The notes below the pieces were generated by a model. The model was not told where the DNA came from, ran no database searches, and saw nothing but the letters and a program-made list of their open reading frames with translations. A stretch of DNA of 64,000 nt from an uncultured virus (IMG/VR IMGVR_UViG_3300035698_025391) (taxonomy: Duplodnaviria > Heunggongvirae > Uroviricota > Caudoviricetes): IMG/VR virus record IMGVR_UViG_3300035698_025391, one strand, 5' to 3'. Position 1 is the first letter of the stretch; the number at the start of each line of letters is the position of its first letter. This document shows, piece after piece, positions 32,597 to 43,054 of the stretch. Made by a program: the position numbers and the translations under genes.

Positions 32597-33367
32597 ATGC
32601 GTAAGAACGAATTGAAAATGGCCCCCACTATCAACTTCTATGCCAATTTTACCGCTCATCGTGCCCTTGGTGACGTAATAGCTCGAGCGGGCGAAGATAT
32701 TCTCAGCACTTTCGTACGAATCGAAAGGTCGGACGCCTATCGAAGAGATGAAAATGGCACAAGTGAGGCCACAGTCCGGTCAGGGTGTTATAAATTCATC
32801 CCCAAGGAGGGATTGTGCGGTCATCTTTATCAATTCTTGGCATTGAAAGAGCTCATCGAGGCTGAACGACTGTTTGAACAGAATGCTAAATATCAGAAGG
32901 CTGACAAACCGACTTACATCGAATACTCTAATTGCCGCAAGATTAATTTCGTGGATGCTGGATGTGGTATAGGCAACATTATGCTCATAGCCAGGATCGC
33001 CGGAATGGTCGCCAATGGTATAGAATATGACCCAAAACTGGTAAGACGTGCCAAAAAGATTCACCAGTATTTCTACGGTTACAATAGCTGCGGTAAAGGT
33101 AAAGTCATTCAAGGTGATATCCTCAAACATCGCAGTTGGAAAAACTATGATATTGTTTACTTTTACTGTCCAATGTGTAACTCTAAAATGGAAAAAAAAT
33201 TCGAAGAGAAAATGGAAGATGAGATAAAAGTGGGGACATTCATCGTGCCTCATCTCAAAGCCAGTTCGCGGTTTCGAGAAGATCCTCGCTTTGCTCGCGT
33301 GGCTTTATTTGATAACAACGGGTTTGGTATATCCAACGGTGGAATATTAAGGAAGGTATCACAATGA
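32597..33367 (+). CDS. Class I SAM-dependent methyltransferase
   Basis: FVDAGCGIG, GIEYD, QGDIL, YDIVYFY. Confidence 0.85.
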   Translation: MRKNELKMAPTINFYANFTAHRALGDVIARAGEDILSTFVRIERSDAYRRDENGTSEATVRSGCYKFIPKEGLCGHLYQFLALKELIEAERLFEQNAKYQKADKPTYIEYSNCRKINFVDAGCGIGNIMLIARIAGMVANGIEYDPKLVRRAKKIHQYFYGYNSCGKGKVIQGDILKHRSWKNYDIVYFYCPMCNSKMEKKFEEKMEDEIKVGTFIVPHLKASSRFREDPRFARVALFDNNGFGISNGGILRKVSQ

Positions 33368-34239
33368 AAATACTAGTCGTACCGTCTGATGATTTACTGG
33401 AAGCCCTCCAGGAACATCGCAAAGGGACAAGAACACCAAAAACACCGCTCATGGCGAGGGCCAGAGAAATGGACACGGTCGCTAAACAAATACACAGACA
33501 TTTCTCCGCTCTTGCCTTGGGCCAGGTTATTTCGTTAATACAGGCAAAAAAGCAGATCGAGGCAGTCAAGAAAGTACGCCAGACCACCGGTGTCGGGCTT
33601 AAAGAAGCCAAGATATTTGTGGATTCATATACTGCCGCCGATTCGAGTGATGAAAAATGTCAGACTACCCTACTCAAGGGTATGGTGCGTGATCATCGTA
33701 ATGTTCGTATTAATGCTCACGTCGATGCTATTAAGGCAGGGAAACTTGATGCTGGCATACAGGGGTTGAAAACCTTGGGCGGGGCCGATGGCGAAATCGA
33801 TGTTTCCCCGGAAGAACCTCCGAAGCTTCCTGGACAAATGGAAGTGGGGTCACCCCGACAACTTGTTGCTGACCCTGATCCTACCAAATTCAATTACCGA
33901 TTTCCAAGAGACTATGCCTTGAGCGACGAGGTTGTTGAGGAAGTTAATCCGTGTAGAGAAACAGTATTACCATCCAAAGGTACTGATCATAAACAGGAGG
34001 GCGACCGTTTCTCCAACATCTTTAACCGTGTTAATGGCAGGCTTGCCCAGAGAACTGATGTTTCAGTGGCACAGGAGATGCTCAATGGTATTGACAAAGC
34101 ACTAGTACAGCCACAAGAGGTGGTTGAAGATGGTGATGACCTACCCATCGTGGATGAGGATAACTTTGGCGAGTTCCCGCTTCCCTCTGAAGATGACGGT
34201 GATTATCCTAGCCCATACGAAAATGAAAACGGCAATTAG
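33364..34239 (+). CDS. Protein with ribosomal L7/L12 C-terminal-like domain and acidic tail
   Basis: KQIEAVKKVRQTTGVGLKEAKIFVD matches bL12 CTD consensus. Confidence 0.7.
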   Translation: MKILVVPSDDLLEALQEHRKGTRTPKTPLMARAREMDTVAKQIHRHFSALALGQVISLIQAKKQIEAVKKVRQTTGVGLKEAKIFVDSYTAADSSDEKCQTTLLKGMVRDHRNVRINAHVDAIKAGKLDAGIQGLKTLGGADGEIDVSPEEPPKLPGQMEVGSPRQLVADPDPTKFNYRFPRDYALSDEVVEEVNPCRETVLPSKGTDHKQEGDRFSNIFNRVNGRLAQRTDVSVAQEMLNGIDKALVQPQEVVEDGDDLPIVDEDNFGEFPLPSEDDGDYPSPYENENGN

Positions 34240-34251
34240 AGAGGTGATATC

Positions 34252-34746
34252 GTGTTAGTAATCTTTAGAAGTGAAACCGAGAAGGCAGAGAGCCATGTTA
34301 CCAAAGATTCTAAAAAGACTACTTTGTGCGGCCTCCCCCTGGAAGATGGAAAATGGGAATTGGGACTTCAGGGTTCCTGGCTGTCATGTGTGGCCTGTAA
34401 GGAAAGATTCAACGCTAAGCTCCGTGGCATAGGCCCTGACATCCCTCGTCTCGAATTACTGAACACCGTAATGGACTGTTTCATTATGGTATGGCAGGTC
34501 AGAGATAGAGCACCGGACTGTCAGACGAACATCGGCCAATGGTTGGCGGTTGCCGAGGGAATCATAAAATTGATAGAAAGCCTGGACTGTAAATCCTGGG
34601 GAGGATACGACGGTCCCAACAGTGGTATTCCGACACTCTTTTTGCGATTCGAATGGTTGGTCTATAAATATAACCTACCCTTGAATCTCAAGGAAGCTGG
34701 CAAATACGAAGCTGTACGCAAATACTTCACGCGTAGCAAACGCTAA
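34252..34746 (+). CDS. HC3 zinc-finger family protein
   Basis: ESHV..TLCG..LSCVAC. Confidence 0.6.
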   Translation: MLVIFRSETEKAESHVTKDSKKTTLCGLPLEDGKWELGLQGSWLSCVACKERFNAKLRGIGPDIPRLELLNTVMDCFIMVWQVRDRAPDCQTNIGQWLAVAEGIIKLIESLDCKSWGGYDGPNSGIPTLFLRFEWLVYKYNLPLNLKEAGKYEAVRKYFTRSKR

Positions 34747-34766
34747 ACATCAAGGAGGATGTGATC

Positions 34767-35357
34767 ATGGGAAATCCATACGAAAAAATTAACAAGCTCA
34801 ACAAAAGGACGAGGGAACTGCTTTGGAATTTGGAGGCTAACGCCAAACCGTACTTGGCCGTTCGTCTTCACGAAATCAAAACCTCCTATTTGCTCCCCTC
34901 TCCCAAACAGCGGGTAGGGCTTCGGAACGATATGCACAAATGCATCGAAGAGCTGGAACAACAGATAACTTCTATGGGTATGTTGGAACTCCAGCTGTTC
35001 CAAAGGCTACTGGCTACTCTCCTCAAGGACAAGTCGGTACGTGCCTCCCGCTACTATTCCGACTGGACCGATGTATTCGATAACGTCTGTAACGCGACCA
35101 AGAGCAGGTCCACAAATATCGAGGCTTTCTTCCTTGTCGATACCAAACCCAAGGAGAAGGCGAGCCATATTAAGCCGATCTGTGCATTGCCCACAGTCGA
35201 GGCAGTGATAGACCATATGTTGCGACTATGTGGGGAAAGTCAGATTGAACTATTGGAAGCCATGCGATTCAACCGTTTCATGCTCATTGCGGGCAAACGT
35301 GTCAACCTTGGATATGAAATCAAGACCGTCAAAATGGAGGTAACCGTTGACCTTTAA
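34767..35357 (+). CDS. Helical-repeat family protein
   Basis: LELQLFQRLLATLL...YYSDW plus EAFFL C-domain similar to 8600. Confidence 0.6.
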   Translation: MGNPYEKINKLNKRTRELLWNLEANAKPYLAVRLHEIKTSYLLPSPKQRVGLRNDMHKCIEELEQQITSMGMLELQLFQRLLATLLKDKSVRASRYYSDWTDVFDNVCNATKSRSTNIEAFFLVDTKPKEKASHIKPICALPTVEAVIDHMLRLCGESQIELLEAMRFNRFMLIAGKRVNLGYEIKTVKMEVTVDL

Positions 35358-35371
35358 CAGTGGGGGGATAT

Positions 35372-35638
35372 ATGGCCAGCGAAAAAGCCACCAGACGTGC
35401 CTCCTGTACTGGCAAGGTCAGATATGAAAGTCCCACTGAAGCCAAAACTGCAGCTCATAGGTTACGTGATCAAACACACTCAAGGCAGTATGGCTTTTAC
35501 AAATGTCGATTTTGTAAAGGATGGCATGTCGGTCGAAGAAGTAAAGACCTAATCAGATCCGCTTTAGCTCATACCACCAACAAGCGGAAACAGGAATACT
35601 TCAAATATTTGTTAAGGAGACCAAACGTATGCCAGTGA
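35372..35638 (+). CDS. Small basic zinc-finger phage protein
   Basis: CTGKVRY....EA...YKCRFCKGWHV. Confidence 0.65.
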   Translation: MASEKATRRASCTGKVRYESPTEAKTAAHRLRDQTHSRQYGFYKCRFCKGWHVGRRSKDLIRSALAHTTNKRKQEYFKYLLRRPNVCQ

Positions 35639-35970
35639 TTTATACCGCCCAATATCGATATTCAGGGCCAGGTCGACTGGACATCTCAATGAAGGGGCAG
35701 GACCCGATTGGAAAGGTCTTCGCCCCTTCAAAGGCAATCGTTCACGGCTACCTCTACAAAGGTATGTCACAAGAACAGTACACAGCAGAGTACAGACGAC
35801 TCATGTCCATTAGCTGGCAACAGTATAATGGTATATGGCAGCAAGTATGGGCCATGTCTGAAGTTACATTCGTGTGTTTATGCCGTGCCGGTGAATTCTG
35901 TCACCGCACCTTACTCAAGGACATGTTCGTCGGGGTAGGAGCAGAGGACGGAGGAGAAAGGAAACTATGA
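35629..35970 (+). CDS. DUF488-like protein
   Basis: IYTA...FAPS...Y..EY...FVCLC....FCHR. Confidence 0.6.
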   Translation: MPVIYTAQYRYSGPGRLDISMKGQDPIGKVFAPSKAIVHGYLYKGMSQEQYTAEYRRLMSISWQQYNGIWQQVWAMSEVTFVCLCRAGEFCHRTLLKDMFVGVGAEDGGERKL

Positions 35971-36438
35971 GACACGTAATTCTTTACGAATGGCCACATA
36001 CACAGCTATGTGCTGAGTGCGTACATGGTTGGGCTCTACAGCATCGCCGTGACAAGTTAGGTGCTATGGCCCATATATGCAGGGAGAACTTCGAAGGAAA
36101 TGAAGGTGGGTCCTGCCTGAAACAGGCCCTGTCAAAGGAGGCTAGATGAAGCTCTATGTCACCTATGTCATTCTCGGAATCCATGTATCGGAACCGGACC
36201 GCCACCGTTCAAGAAGTATTAAATGGGAAGGTTCTTGGGAATGGACTGAACCGAATCTGTCCAAGGTGCGAAGGGCTCTGGCCAACGCAAATCTGAAGTC
36301 TTCCAGAATCGTAGTGGAGGGGGTCCAGGAAATGAAAGGTTAACGCCCTGCTGCTCAGTAGACAGGCCGGATGTCCCCGCTGTAGTTAGCCAGCAGGTAG
36401 TCTATTGGGCTCAATACAAACAACTATGGAGTCCTGCT

Positions 36439-36885
36439 ATGTGGCCGTTTAATGGGAAAGAAAAGAAACAGCCTGAACTGGAGCAGAGAAAGTCAGAAGA
36501 GTCTCCGGCAATTATGAATATAGGACAGGACAAAGTACTCGTAATAGAGCAGAGTCATATGAAATGGCCGAACAATGTAATAGACTCTGTAAGAACTTGG
36601 ATGTCTGAAGTGGGCGTGACTGAAGCTGCGGAGAGAATGAAAAAGACAGAAATTCCATACTATATCTTTTACTTTGATGGCACGGAGATACTCAGGGGAT
36701 CAGGGCCTGTGTCTGAATTGGACGCGGTCATTTTTCACAGTATTGGTCAATGTTTCGGAAACATCGAAGGTGATAACGTCTCCACTTCTACATTCTTCGG
36801 CCCAATTGGAGTTAGCACCTATATAGGGTTTAAACTGGCCGGAAATGAATTCAAAAGTGTAACAACAACAACAGGCAATTGTTAG
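36439..36885 (+). CDS. Hypothetical protein
   Basis: GGAG SD, 148 aa. Confidence 0.55.
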   Translation: MWPFNGKEKKQPELEQRKSEESPAIMNIGQDKVLVIEQSHMKWPNNVIDSVRTWMSEVGVTEAAERMKKTEIPYYIFYFDGTEILRGSGPVSELDAVIFHSIGQCFGNIEGDNVSTSTFFGPIGVSTYIGFKLAGNEFKSVTTTTGNC

Positions 36886-36888
36886 GAG

Positions 36889-37434
36889 ATGTCATACCCC
36901 ATGGATGATATATTTGATGACTTTACTAAAGCGATGAAGGACTTCGACGCTCAAATGAAGGAAATGGACACCGAACTCGACGAAGCCATGAAAAAGCTTC
37001 CAATCGCACCCAGCATAGATATTCAGATACCGAGGCATCTGAAAGTCAGGGCAGCGGGCACCGGTATCCGGCCAATATTGCCTAATAATTTCAGTTCAAT
37101 GTCCGTTAGAGAACGAATACTGAATACAGACCTTCGTCTCAAGAAATTACAGACCACAGACTTCAAACAGACTATCAAGGAGGAAGAAGAGAGACTGGCC
37201 AAAGTGAAGAAACTTCATGGGAATGCGGCCACAGTAAGTGACAGCCTCACAATCCTATCGAGGAAGACTACCGTGGCAATAGCTTCAAAACTGGGGTTTC
37301 TGGGCAAGGTCAGGACCTGGGCAAAAGCTGAAGTCGAGGAATTCAGGGAGGATTTCAAAAATGGAGGAAAAAAGGACGATAAGGATAGTAGGCAAGGATT
37401 GCCAGGGAAGATTGATAACCCTGACAAAGAGTAA
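36889..37434 (+). CDS. Hypothetical helical protein
   Basis: 181 aa ORF in the operon run. Confidence 0.55.
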   Translation: MSYPMDDIFDDFTKAMKDFDAQMKEMDTELDEAMKKLPIAPSIDIQIPRHLKVRAAGTGIRPILPNNFSSMSVRERILNTDLRLKKLQTTDFKQTIKEEEERLAKVKKLHGNAATVSDSLTILSRKTTVAIASKLGFLGKVRTWAKAEVEEFREDFKNGGKKDDKDSRQGLPGKIDNPDKE

Positions 37435-37681
37435 CATGCGGAACATGCTAAAACGACGGCTGTCTTGTCATGTCGAACCTGAAGTTCGGGAAGTCGTGGT
37501 CGTGAGAAGGAATAGGGGCTACAGAAGTTTCCATGTCCGTGACATAGCCCTTGAATTGGGTGTAGTATTCATGACTATCCATAGAATTCTAAAGAAAATG
37601 GAAACCGAAGGTGTAGTGGAAAGTACCACGTCAGAAGAAGAAGGCGTGGCGAACAGGAAATTCAAAATAGTGAGGAAATGA
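37361..37681 (+). CDS. Winged helix-turn-helix protein
   Basis: VRDIALELGVVFMTIHRILKKMETEGVV. Confidence 0.7.
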   Translation: MEEKRTIRIVGKDCQGRLITLTKSNMRNMLKRRLSCHVEPEVREVVVVRRNRGYRSFHVRDIALELGVVFMTIHRILKKMETEGVVESTTSEEEGVANRKFKIVRK

Positions 37682-37682
37682 A

Positions 37683-38594
37683 ATGGCAATTTACAATGGA
37701 ACAGTTTATCAAGGTGGTAACGGACGGTCAGTTTATCAGAAAGGTAGTGCGTATAAACACTTTGAGGTCACTGAAAAAATAGTCCCTGTCGGAATTTCTC
37801 CAGAACGAGAAATCGAGTTTAAAGAAGCAATTAAAGCTATGGAGAATATGATCGGGATCAAATCAGAAAACGGACAAGATGACAGTCTAGATGAAGGTCT
37901 CATTAGACTACTGTCTTCCAGTATTAAGCCAATGGTGAGTATGACTTCAACATCAGAGAGATTGGCCAGATTGGACAGTGAAGATAAAGTGGCTACGAAA
38001 GTAAGCTACGGTGGTTATGTAAGAAGAACACTTCATGTTGATGACGAAGCTAAAAGTGACGTTCCTCACTGGTCAAGGGCATGGAATGAACGTGAAAATA
38101 AATACGAGCAAGTGAAAACTGATGAACGAGCATGGAATTCCAATAAACAACGTTACGAATCTCTCGAACCCAAAGAAGCAACAAGTCTATGGGGAGCCTT
38201 CCCTTCTTTATCCAGCCTAAACCCCCCTCTCCTCAACACTATGTCCGTCGGTGAGTTCTGTAAAATTTCCTTGGATAATACGGCCCTCACGATTAGAACA
38301 TACATGTCTGAAAATGACAAGAGAGTCCCGATATTGATACCGGTATACTATAAAGTGAGCAAGGTTGGTCCGTCATCAAGCATGTTCCTCTTGATTGTTG
38401 ATAAACCTAGTGCTCCGAAGGGATTGCTCGATCAGTGGCCTGACGGGTGTACTGGGACTTCCAGGATTATTTTAAGTGGTACTAAAGAATCAATGTGTCA
38501 TTTTGACGATTCCGATAAAGGTAAGAAACTATTCATGGACAAGGTGATCCGATCTGGCCACTTTGTTTTCCGGCGACTACTCGGACCACGGTAA
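37683..38594 (+). CDS. Hypothetical protein with short internal repeats
   Basis: VYQ repeat; RAWN....YE repeated twice. Confidence 0.6.
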   Translation: MAIYNGTVYQGGNGRSVYQKGSAYKHFEVTEKIVPVGISPEREIEFKEAIKAMENMIGIKSENGQDDSLDEGLIRLLSSSIKPMVSMTSTSERLARLDSEDKVATKVSYGGYVRRTLHVDDEAKSDVPHWSRAWNERENKYEQVKTDERAWNSNKQRYESLEPKEATSLWGAFPSLSSLNPPLLNTMSVGEFCKISLDNTALTIRTYMSENDKRVPILIPVYYKVSKVGPSSSMFLLIVDKPSAPKGLLDQWPDGCTGTSRIILSGTKESMCHFDDSDKGKKLFMDKVIRSGHFVFRRLLGPR

Positions 38595-38603
38595 GGAGAA
38601 ATC

Positions 38604-39077
38604 ATGACAATAATAAACGTTCTAACAATCGGAGACGAAGATCACACCACAATTCTCCGGGCAGAAAGCAAGGATATCAACACGGCCGACATCACCAACG
38701 AAGAAACAGCGGCTATTGTAAAGGATATGATTGATTCGTCCAAAGCTGCGGGTGGCAGCGGGCTTGCTGCTCCGCAAATCGGCTACAATGTTCGTATCTT
38801 TATCACAGGAGGACCAGAGCCACTCGTAATAATCAACCCCAATATTACTGCAAAAATCGGCAAAATCAAATCCTATGGGGAGGGTTGTCTCAGCGTGCCA
38901 GGACAACGCTTCGATGTCAAACGGGCAAAGCAAGTGGTGCTCACTGGATTCAATACCAAAGGCGAGTCCATTCGCTATCGAAGTAAATCTGCCACCCAGG
39001 CCATCATAATCCAACATGAGGTGGATCATCTGGATGGCATACTCATCTGCGACATGGGTATTAAACCCAACGTCTAA
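38604..39077 (+). CDS. def: Peptide deformylase
   Basis: GLAAPQIG, EGCLSVP, QHEVDHLDG signature motifs. Confidence 0.95.
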   Translation: MTIINVLTIGDEDHTTILRAESKDINTADITNEETAAIVKDMIDSSKAAGGSGLAAPQIGYNVRIFITGGPEPLVIINPNITAKIGKIKSYGEGCLSVPGQRFDVKRAKQVVLTGFNTKGESIRYRSKSATQAIIIQHEVDHLDGILICDMGIKPNV

Positions 39078-39124
39078 CAACAGCACCAACTGCGGAGAAA
39101 ACTCCGCACAAGAGGAGACAAAAC

Positions 39125-40096
39125 ATGACTGATAACAGAGAAAAGTATTCGGACACCAGAGAGGAAAGTTCCTACAATCTATTAGGCATTGTATGGTTTG
39201 TTATGTCTTTGGTTGCGGCTTTCATCACCATCGGAATGACCCTGGCTATATTCAAACCTGAAATTCGCCCAGTATGGATACCGGATATATTTCAAATGGA
39301 CAAGAGAACATTCGAGGAGAAGGTAACTACGAAGCAAACAACCTACGTTGTCAAGCAGATGGAGGGACTTGCGGAAAATCCAGTGTCTGCGTTGGGAGTT
39401 AACGTAATCAAAGGTGAAAAAGCCGTCGAATTTCAAGACGGGACCACCATCAAGTTTAGGGACAGTGTGAACAAAGCGACGATAACTCCTCCGCAAGACA
39501 TAAATGCAATCCAAAAACTCAATCTCGGCCGAGTAGTTGTGCTAGGTATGACCAATGAAGCAATCGGAATTTCAGCTACTTTGTTGGTCAGTGTGGAGAT
39601 ACTCAATTCATCAAAGCTCAAGGATTACGGTATCACAAATAAAACAGAGATATTTGAACAAGCAATTGAGCCGCTACTTACCACTGTATTTAGCAAAGTC
39701 ATTGCGGAACACGGCATTGAAGAAATCCTCATGTCCAAAGATGTTCGAGTCGAGGTTGCGACAGCTCTGGCCAATGTGAATGCTACTGAATTTATGCCCT
39801 GTTTACAAGTGAAAGCCATTCACATGGAAGGGGTAGATTACGATTCAATAATTAAGCGGGTTCTAATCGAAAAGTTTCTGACGCGACAAAAAGTCGAGCA
39901 AGCAAGAACAGAATTGGGAATAACCAGAGAAAAAGCGATTATTGAAACCCGCATAGCCCAAGCTAAAGCGGAGATCTTGACAATAAAAGCGAAGGCAAAA
40001 ATCGAAAATGAAACTATAGAAATTGAACATCGAATTCGGATATGGAAAATGAGAAAGGACGCAGGTATGGATCCTGGAGAACATCCGGTACCGTGA
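39125..40096 (+). CDS. SPFH/band-7-like membrane protein
   Basis: N-terminal TM, central SPFH-like region (IEP...HGIEEIL), C-terminal AQAKAE coiled coil. Confidence 0.6.
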   Translation: MTDNREKYSDTREESSYNLLGIVWFVMSLVAAFITIGMTLAIFKPEIRPVWIPDIFQMDKRTFEEKVTTKQTTYVVKQMEGLAENPVSALGVNVIKGEKAVEFQDGTTIKFRDSVNKATITPPQDINAIQKLNLGRVVVLGMTNEAIGISATLLVSVEILNSSKLKDYGITNKTEIFEQAIEPLLTTVFSKVIAEHGIEEILMSKDVRVEVATALANVNATEFMPCLQVKAIHMEGVDYDSIIKRVLIEKFLTRQKVEQARTELGITREKAIIETRIAQAKAEILTIKAKAKIENETIEIEHRIRIWKMRKDAGMDPGEHPVP

Positions 40097-40106
40097 TAAT
40101 ATTATA

Positions 40107-40143
40107 GGGAGCCGGTACGAAGACCAGCTTCCAATTTTTATTT
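40107..40143 (+). terminator. Probable terminator
   Basis: GGGAGCCGGT/ACCAGCTTCC imperfect stem followed by AATTTTTATTT. Confidence 0.5.
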
Positions 40144-40892
40144 AGGGGGGAATATGCGGGTAGAAAAAGGACACTTCGGCGGTCGGAGAAGAGATATTGA
40201 TGGTAGCGTACTTCCTATAGAAAATACGGATAAAAGGAGAACACGCACCGAAGCGTTGATCATGATAATGGCGGTCTCCTTCTTTATAGGTATTGGTATG
40301 ATAGGTGCGGTATCACTTTACGTCCAGTTAAAGGGAGGTGCCACAGCTGTAGCCAAGGCTGCCGTTGTTGCCGCGGTAGAAGATCAACGTGAAAAGGTAG
40401 CTGCCAGAGTCGCTGTCAAACACGAAAAAGTGAACTCGGCACTTACCGATATACGTGACAAAGCAGAAGAACAGCTTCTTACAGTCGGGAAAAAGCTTGA
40501 TGAGATAAAAGGCAAATTTGGAGATGCAGATGGTAAAGTCTCCCTTTTGGGCGGAGCCATTAACGTTGAGTGGGAAGATGGTAGAGTTACGGTAAAAATC
40601 AAGAAGAAAGAGTGATCTACAAATTTTGGAGGTGAAAGATGGAGTGCCCAACATGTACCCAAAACATGGAAGATCTTCACTGCCCAACTTGTGGAGGTAA
40701 ACTTCGCTATGCACTGATTATAAGTGGTAGAGTTGAAATGCTATCCGACGGTAGATTTTCGGAGCACGGTCACTTTACCGAAATTGTACGATGTAACACA
40801 TGTCCAGACGGATTCGGGACCATTCTACCTACTAGACTGGTGAAAACTATGAAAACTCTTTGCCGTCCCAAAGCACTAGAGGAGACAGTCAA

Positions 40893-41330
40893 ATGGCGAA
40901 GTCCTTAAAACTTCCCAGACCATACTGGTCTGATATCAATGAAAAAAAAGGGAAAAAGTGTGAGGTACTCCTGATGGGAACGAACCAATCTGGAGTCGTG
41001 GTCAGGGTACATACCGATCACATGGAAATAAATGGCTATTACGAAAGCGAAACCAATGATGATTACCTACTGGCCAATCTTCGTACCCCTATCAAAATAT
41101 CCTGGACCGAGCTGGAGAAGGCAAAGCAGAGGGCTGTGTTGCCTGCAAAGCTGATCAAAGCGATGGAACCGGATTATGAAGACGACCCTTCAGAGGAGTA
41201 TTTGGCCTCATTGCCCCAGGTTCACATAGCAGGTAGATTGTTTTATGTAGATGGCGAGAGGAAGGAACGCCGTCTTGTGGATAATCCTAAACAGGTATTT
41301 GTGTACTTCAAGAAGAGGACGTTACCATGA
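40893..41330 (+). CDS. Hypothetical protein
   Basis: GAGGAG SD. Confidence 0.55.
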   Translation: MAKSLKLPRPYWSDINEKKGKKCEVLLMGTNQSGVVVRVHTDHMEINGYYESETNDDYLLANLRTPIKISWTELEKAKQRAVLPAKLIKAMEPDYEDDPSEEYLASLPQVHIAGRLFYVDGERKERRLVDNPKQVFVYFKKRTLP

Positions 41331-41738
41331 TGGATGTAACCTTAACAAGAAGAGCTGTCGGACAGCCGGTGAAATTTCGTGTCTACAATGAGGGTGAGAT
41401 ACGCAAAATAATTATCGAAAACTGCTTTTTAGTCGGTAAGTGCTTAAATACTCCTCACGAGTTCATGGTGATCCATGTAACATCTTTTTTCAGAGCGAAA
41501 ATACTATTCGCTACCCTCATAAGAGAGATATTCGAAGACGACATTCAATACGTCACATTCCTACCGAGTCGGAAGCTAATGTATATACATTTTGGACCGA
41601 AGTCGAATTGGATACCCGATACCAAAGCAAGGACCTTAGAGGTGGTCCATCGTATATTGTTAGTCCCTGAAGTCGATCTAACTGGAGTAAAAGACAAATG
41701 GGGCGAGAATCTCGTATCCATAGCAAACAGGAGGGTTC

Positions 41739-42203
41739 ATGACGACTGAAGTGAAGGGAAATCTTTTAACCATACCAACAGGCATTTTGTGCCATCAAGT
41801 GAACTGTATGGGTAGAATGGGAGCCGGTATAGCCTTAGGGATTCGCAACGCCTTCCCTACGGTCTATAGAGACTACATTAATGCTCATGCCAGGGGAAAA
41901 CTACGTCTAGGCTACGTACTCTTCGTAACCATTAACCCAACACTGGTAGTTGCCAATTTGTGTGGGCAATATTACTATGGTGGCAAGGGACGCTATACTG
42001 ACTATGATTCACTTTCCACGTGCTTATTAACCGTACAGACAGCAGCGGATGAAACCAGATTACCGGTGTACATTCCGAAAGGAATGGGCTGCTCACTGGC
42101 CGGTGGAGACTGGAATGTAGTGGAACTGATGATAGAATCCACCGTTCCAAACGCTACGATAATCGACTACAACCAACCGTCAAACTGGAGGAGACGAACA
42201 TGA
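41739..42203 (+). CDS. Macrodomain protein (Poa1p/DarG-like ADP-ribosylhydrolase family)
   Basis: GNLL, CHQVNC.GRMGAGIA, VANL.GQ, TDY, IP.GMGC.LAGGDW. Confidence 0.88.
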   Translation: MTTEVKGNLLTIPTGILCHQVNCMGRMGAGIALGIRNAFPTVYRDYINAHARGKLRLGYVLFVTINPTLVVANLCGQYYYGGKGRYTDYDSLSTCLLTVQTAADETRLPVYIPKGMGCSLAGGDWNVVELMIESTVPNATIIDYNQPSNWRRRT

Positions 42204-42554
42204 ATAACATGGACAAAGACATCAAACTGGCTGATTTAAGTGTTATCTGGAAATACATCAAGCCACTAATGCCGGTGTGGAAGAAACTCGGCAATGATTG
42301 GGCCAGGTTTGTAGACGATTTCATGCCGGGGGCTGTAATGGGATGCGTTATCGGTTGTCTCGTGTGTATGCTTGGATTTTCAATGCTGATCGGATCGTTT
42401 CATTTGCTTTTCTTCCTCACCATTCCGATAGCCCTTTGTATCATCATTACCGCCAGTTTTATCATTTTCTACTCTTTCATGGGACTTCTGGGTAACGTCA
42501 ATTATCAGGCCTGCAATTTAGACTTGGAAGGCTGGCGATACAAGGTGGCCGACG

Positions 42555-42812
42555 ATGATGTATCTGCGGAGTCATAATGACTGTGGTGTAACATTTTTCA
42601 CCTGCTCGTCGTGCGGTAGAAGCTTATCTGTCTCTGTGGATGTCATAGGGCGTCCGCATGACGTAGGAAGTGACTTATGTGGGGGCTGTGCCGCTCCTCT
42701 TGATGACCCATTGTCGTTAATGGGAGATGGCCCCTATAGAGCACTCTGGCATTACAAACTTGATGGGATGTTCAGTCATGGAAATAGAGGGTCTAGAAAA
42801 TGCTACGTATAA
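42555..42812 (+). CDS. Double-CxxC zinc ribbon, LP..WH family
   Basis: FTCSSCG..CGGC..RALWH. Confidence 0.6.
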   Translation: MMYLRSHNDCGVTFFTCSSCGRSLSVSVDVIGRPHDVGSDLCGGCAAPLDDPLSLMGDGPYRALWHYKLDGMFSHGNRGSRKCYV

Positions 42813-43054
42813 AAATAGGGCTTCCTTCAAGAACATGGCAATATCGAACAATAAAGTTTTTGTGCCCAAACTGTCAAGGCATATTACTTTACATGATATC
42901 CGATGACCCCACGGAAATCTCGGTTATGACAAAACCACCCGATCTGTGTACCAAATGCTGGGCAGTCATGCCCGAAGTAGATAAAGTAATGGAAAGCCGA
43001 CAACACAGGTTGATTTGGCACAGATCAGAAGACATCTACTTTTTAGGAGAATGA
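42800..43054 (+). CDS. Double-CxxC zinc ribbon, LP..WH family
   Basis: FLCPNC..CTKC..MP..RLIWH. Confidence 0.65.
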   Translation: MLRIKIGLPSRTWQYRTIKFLCPNCQGILLYMISDDPTEISVMTKPPDLCTKCWAVMPEVDKVMESRQHRLIWHRSEDIYFLGE

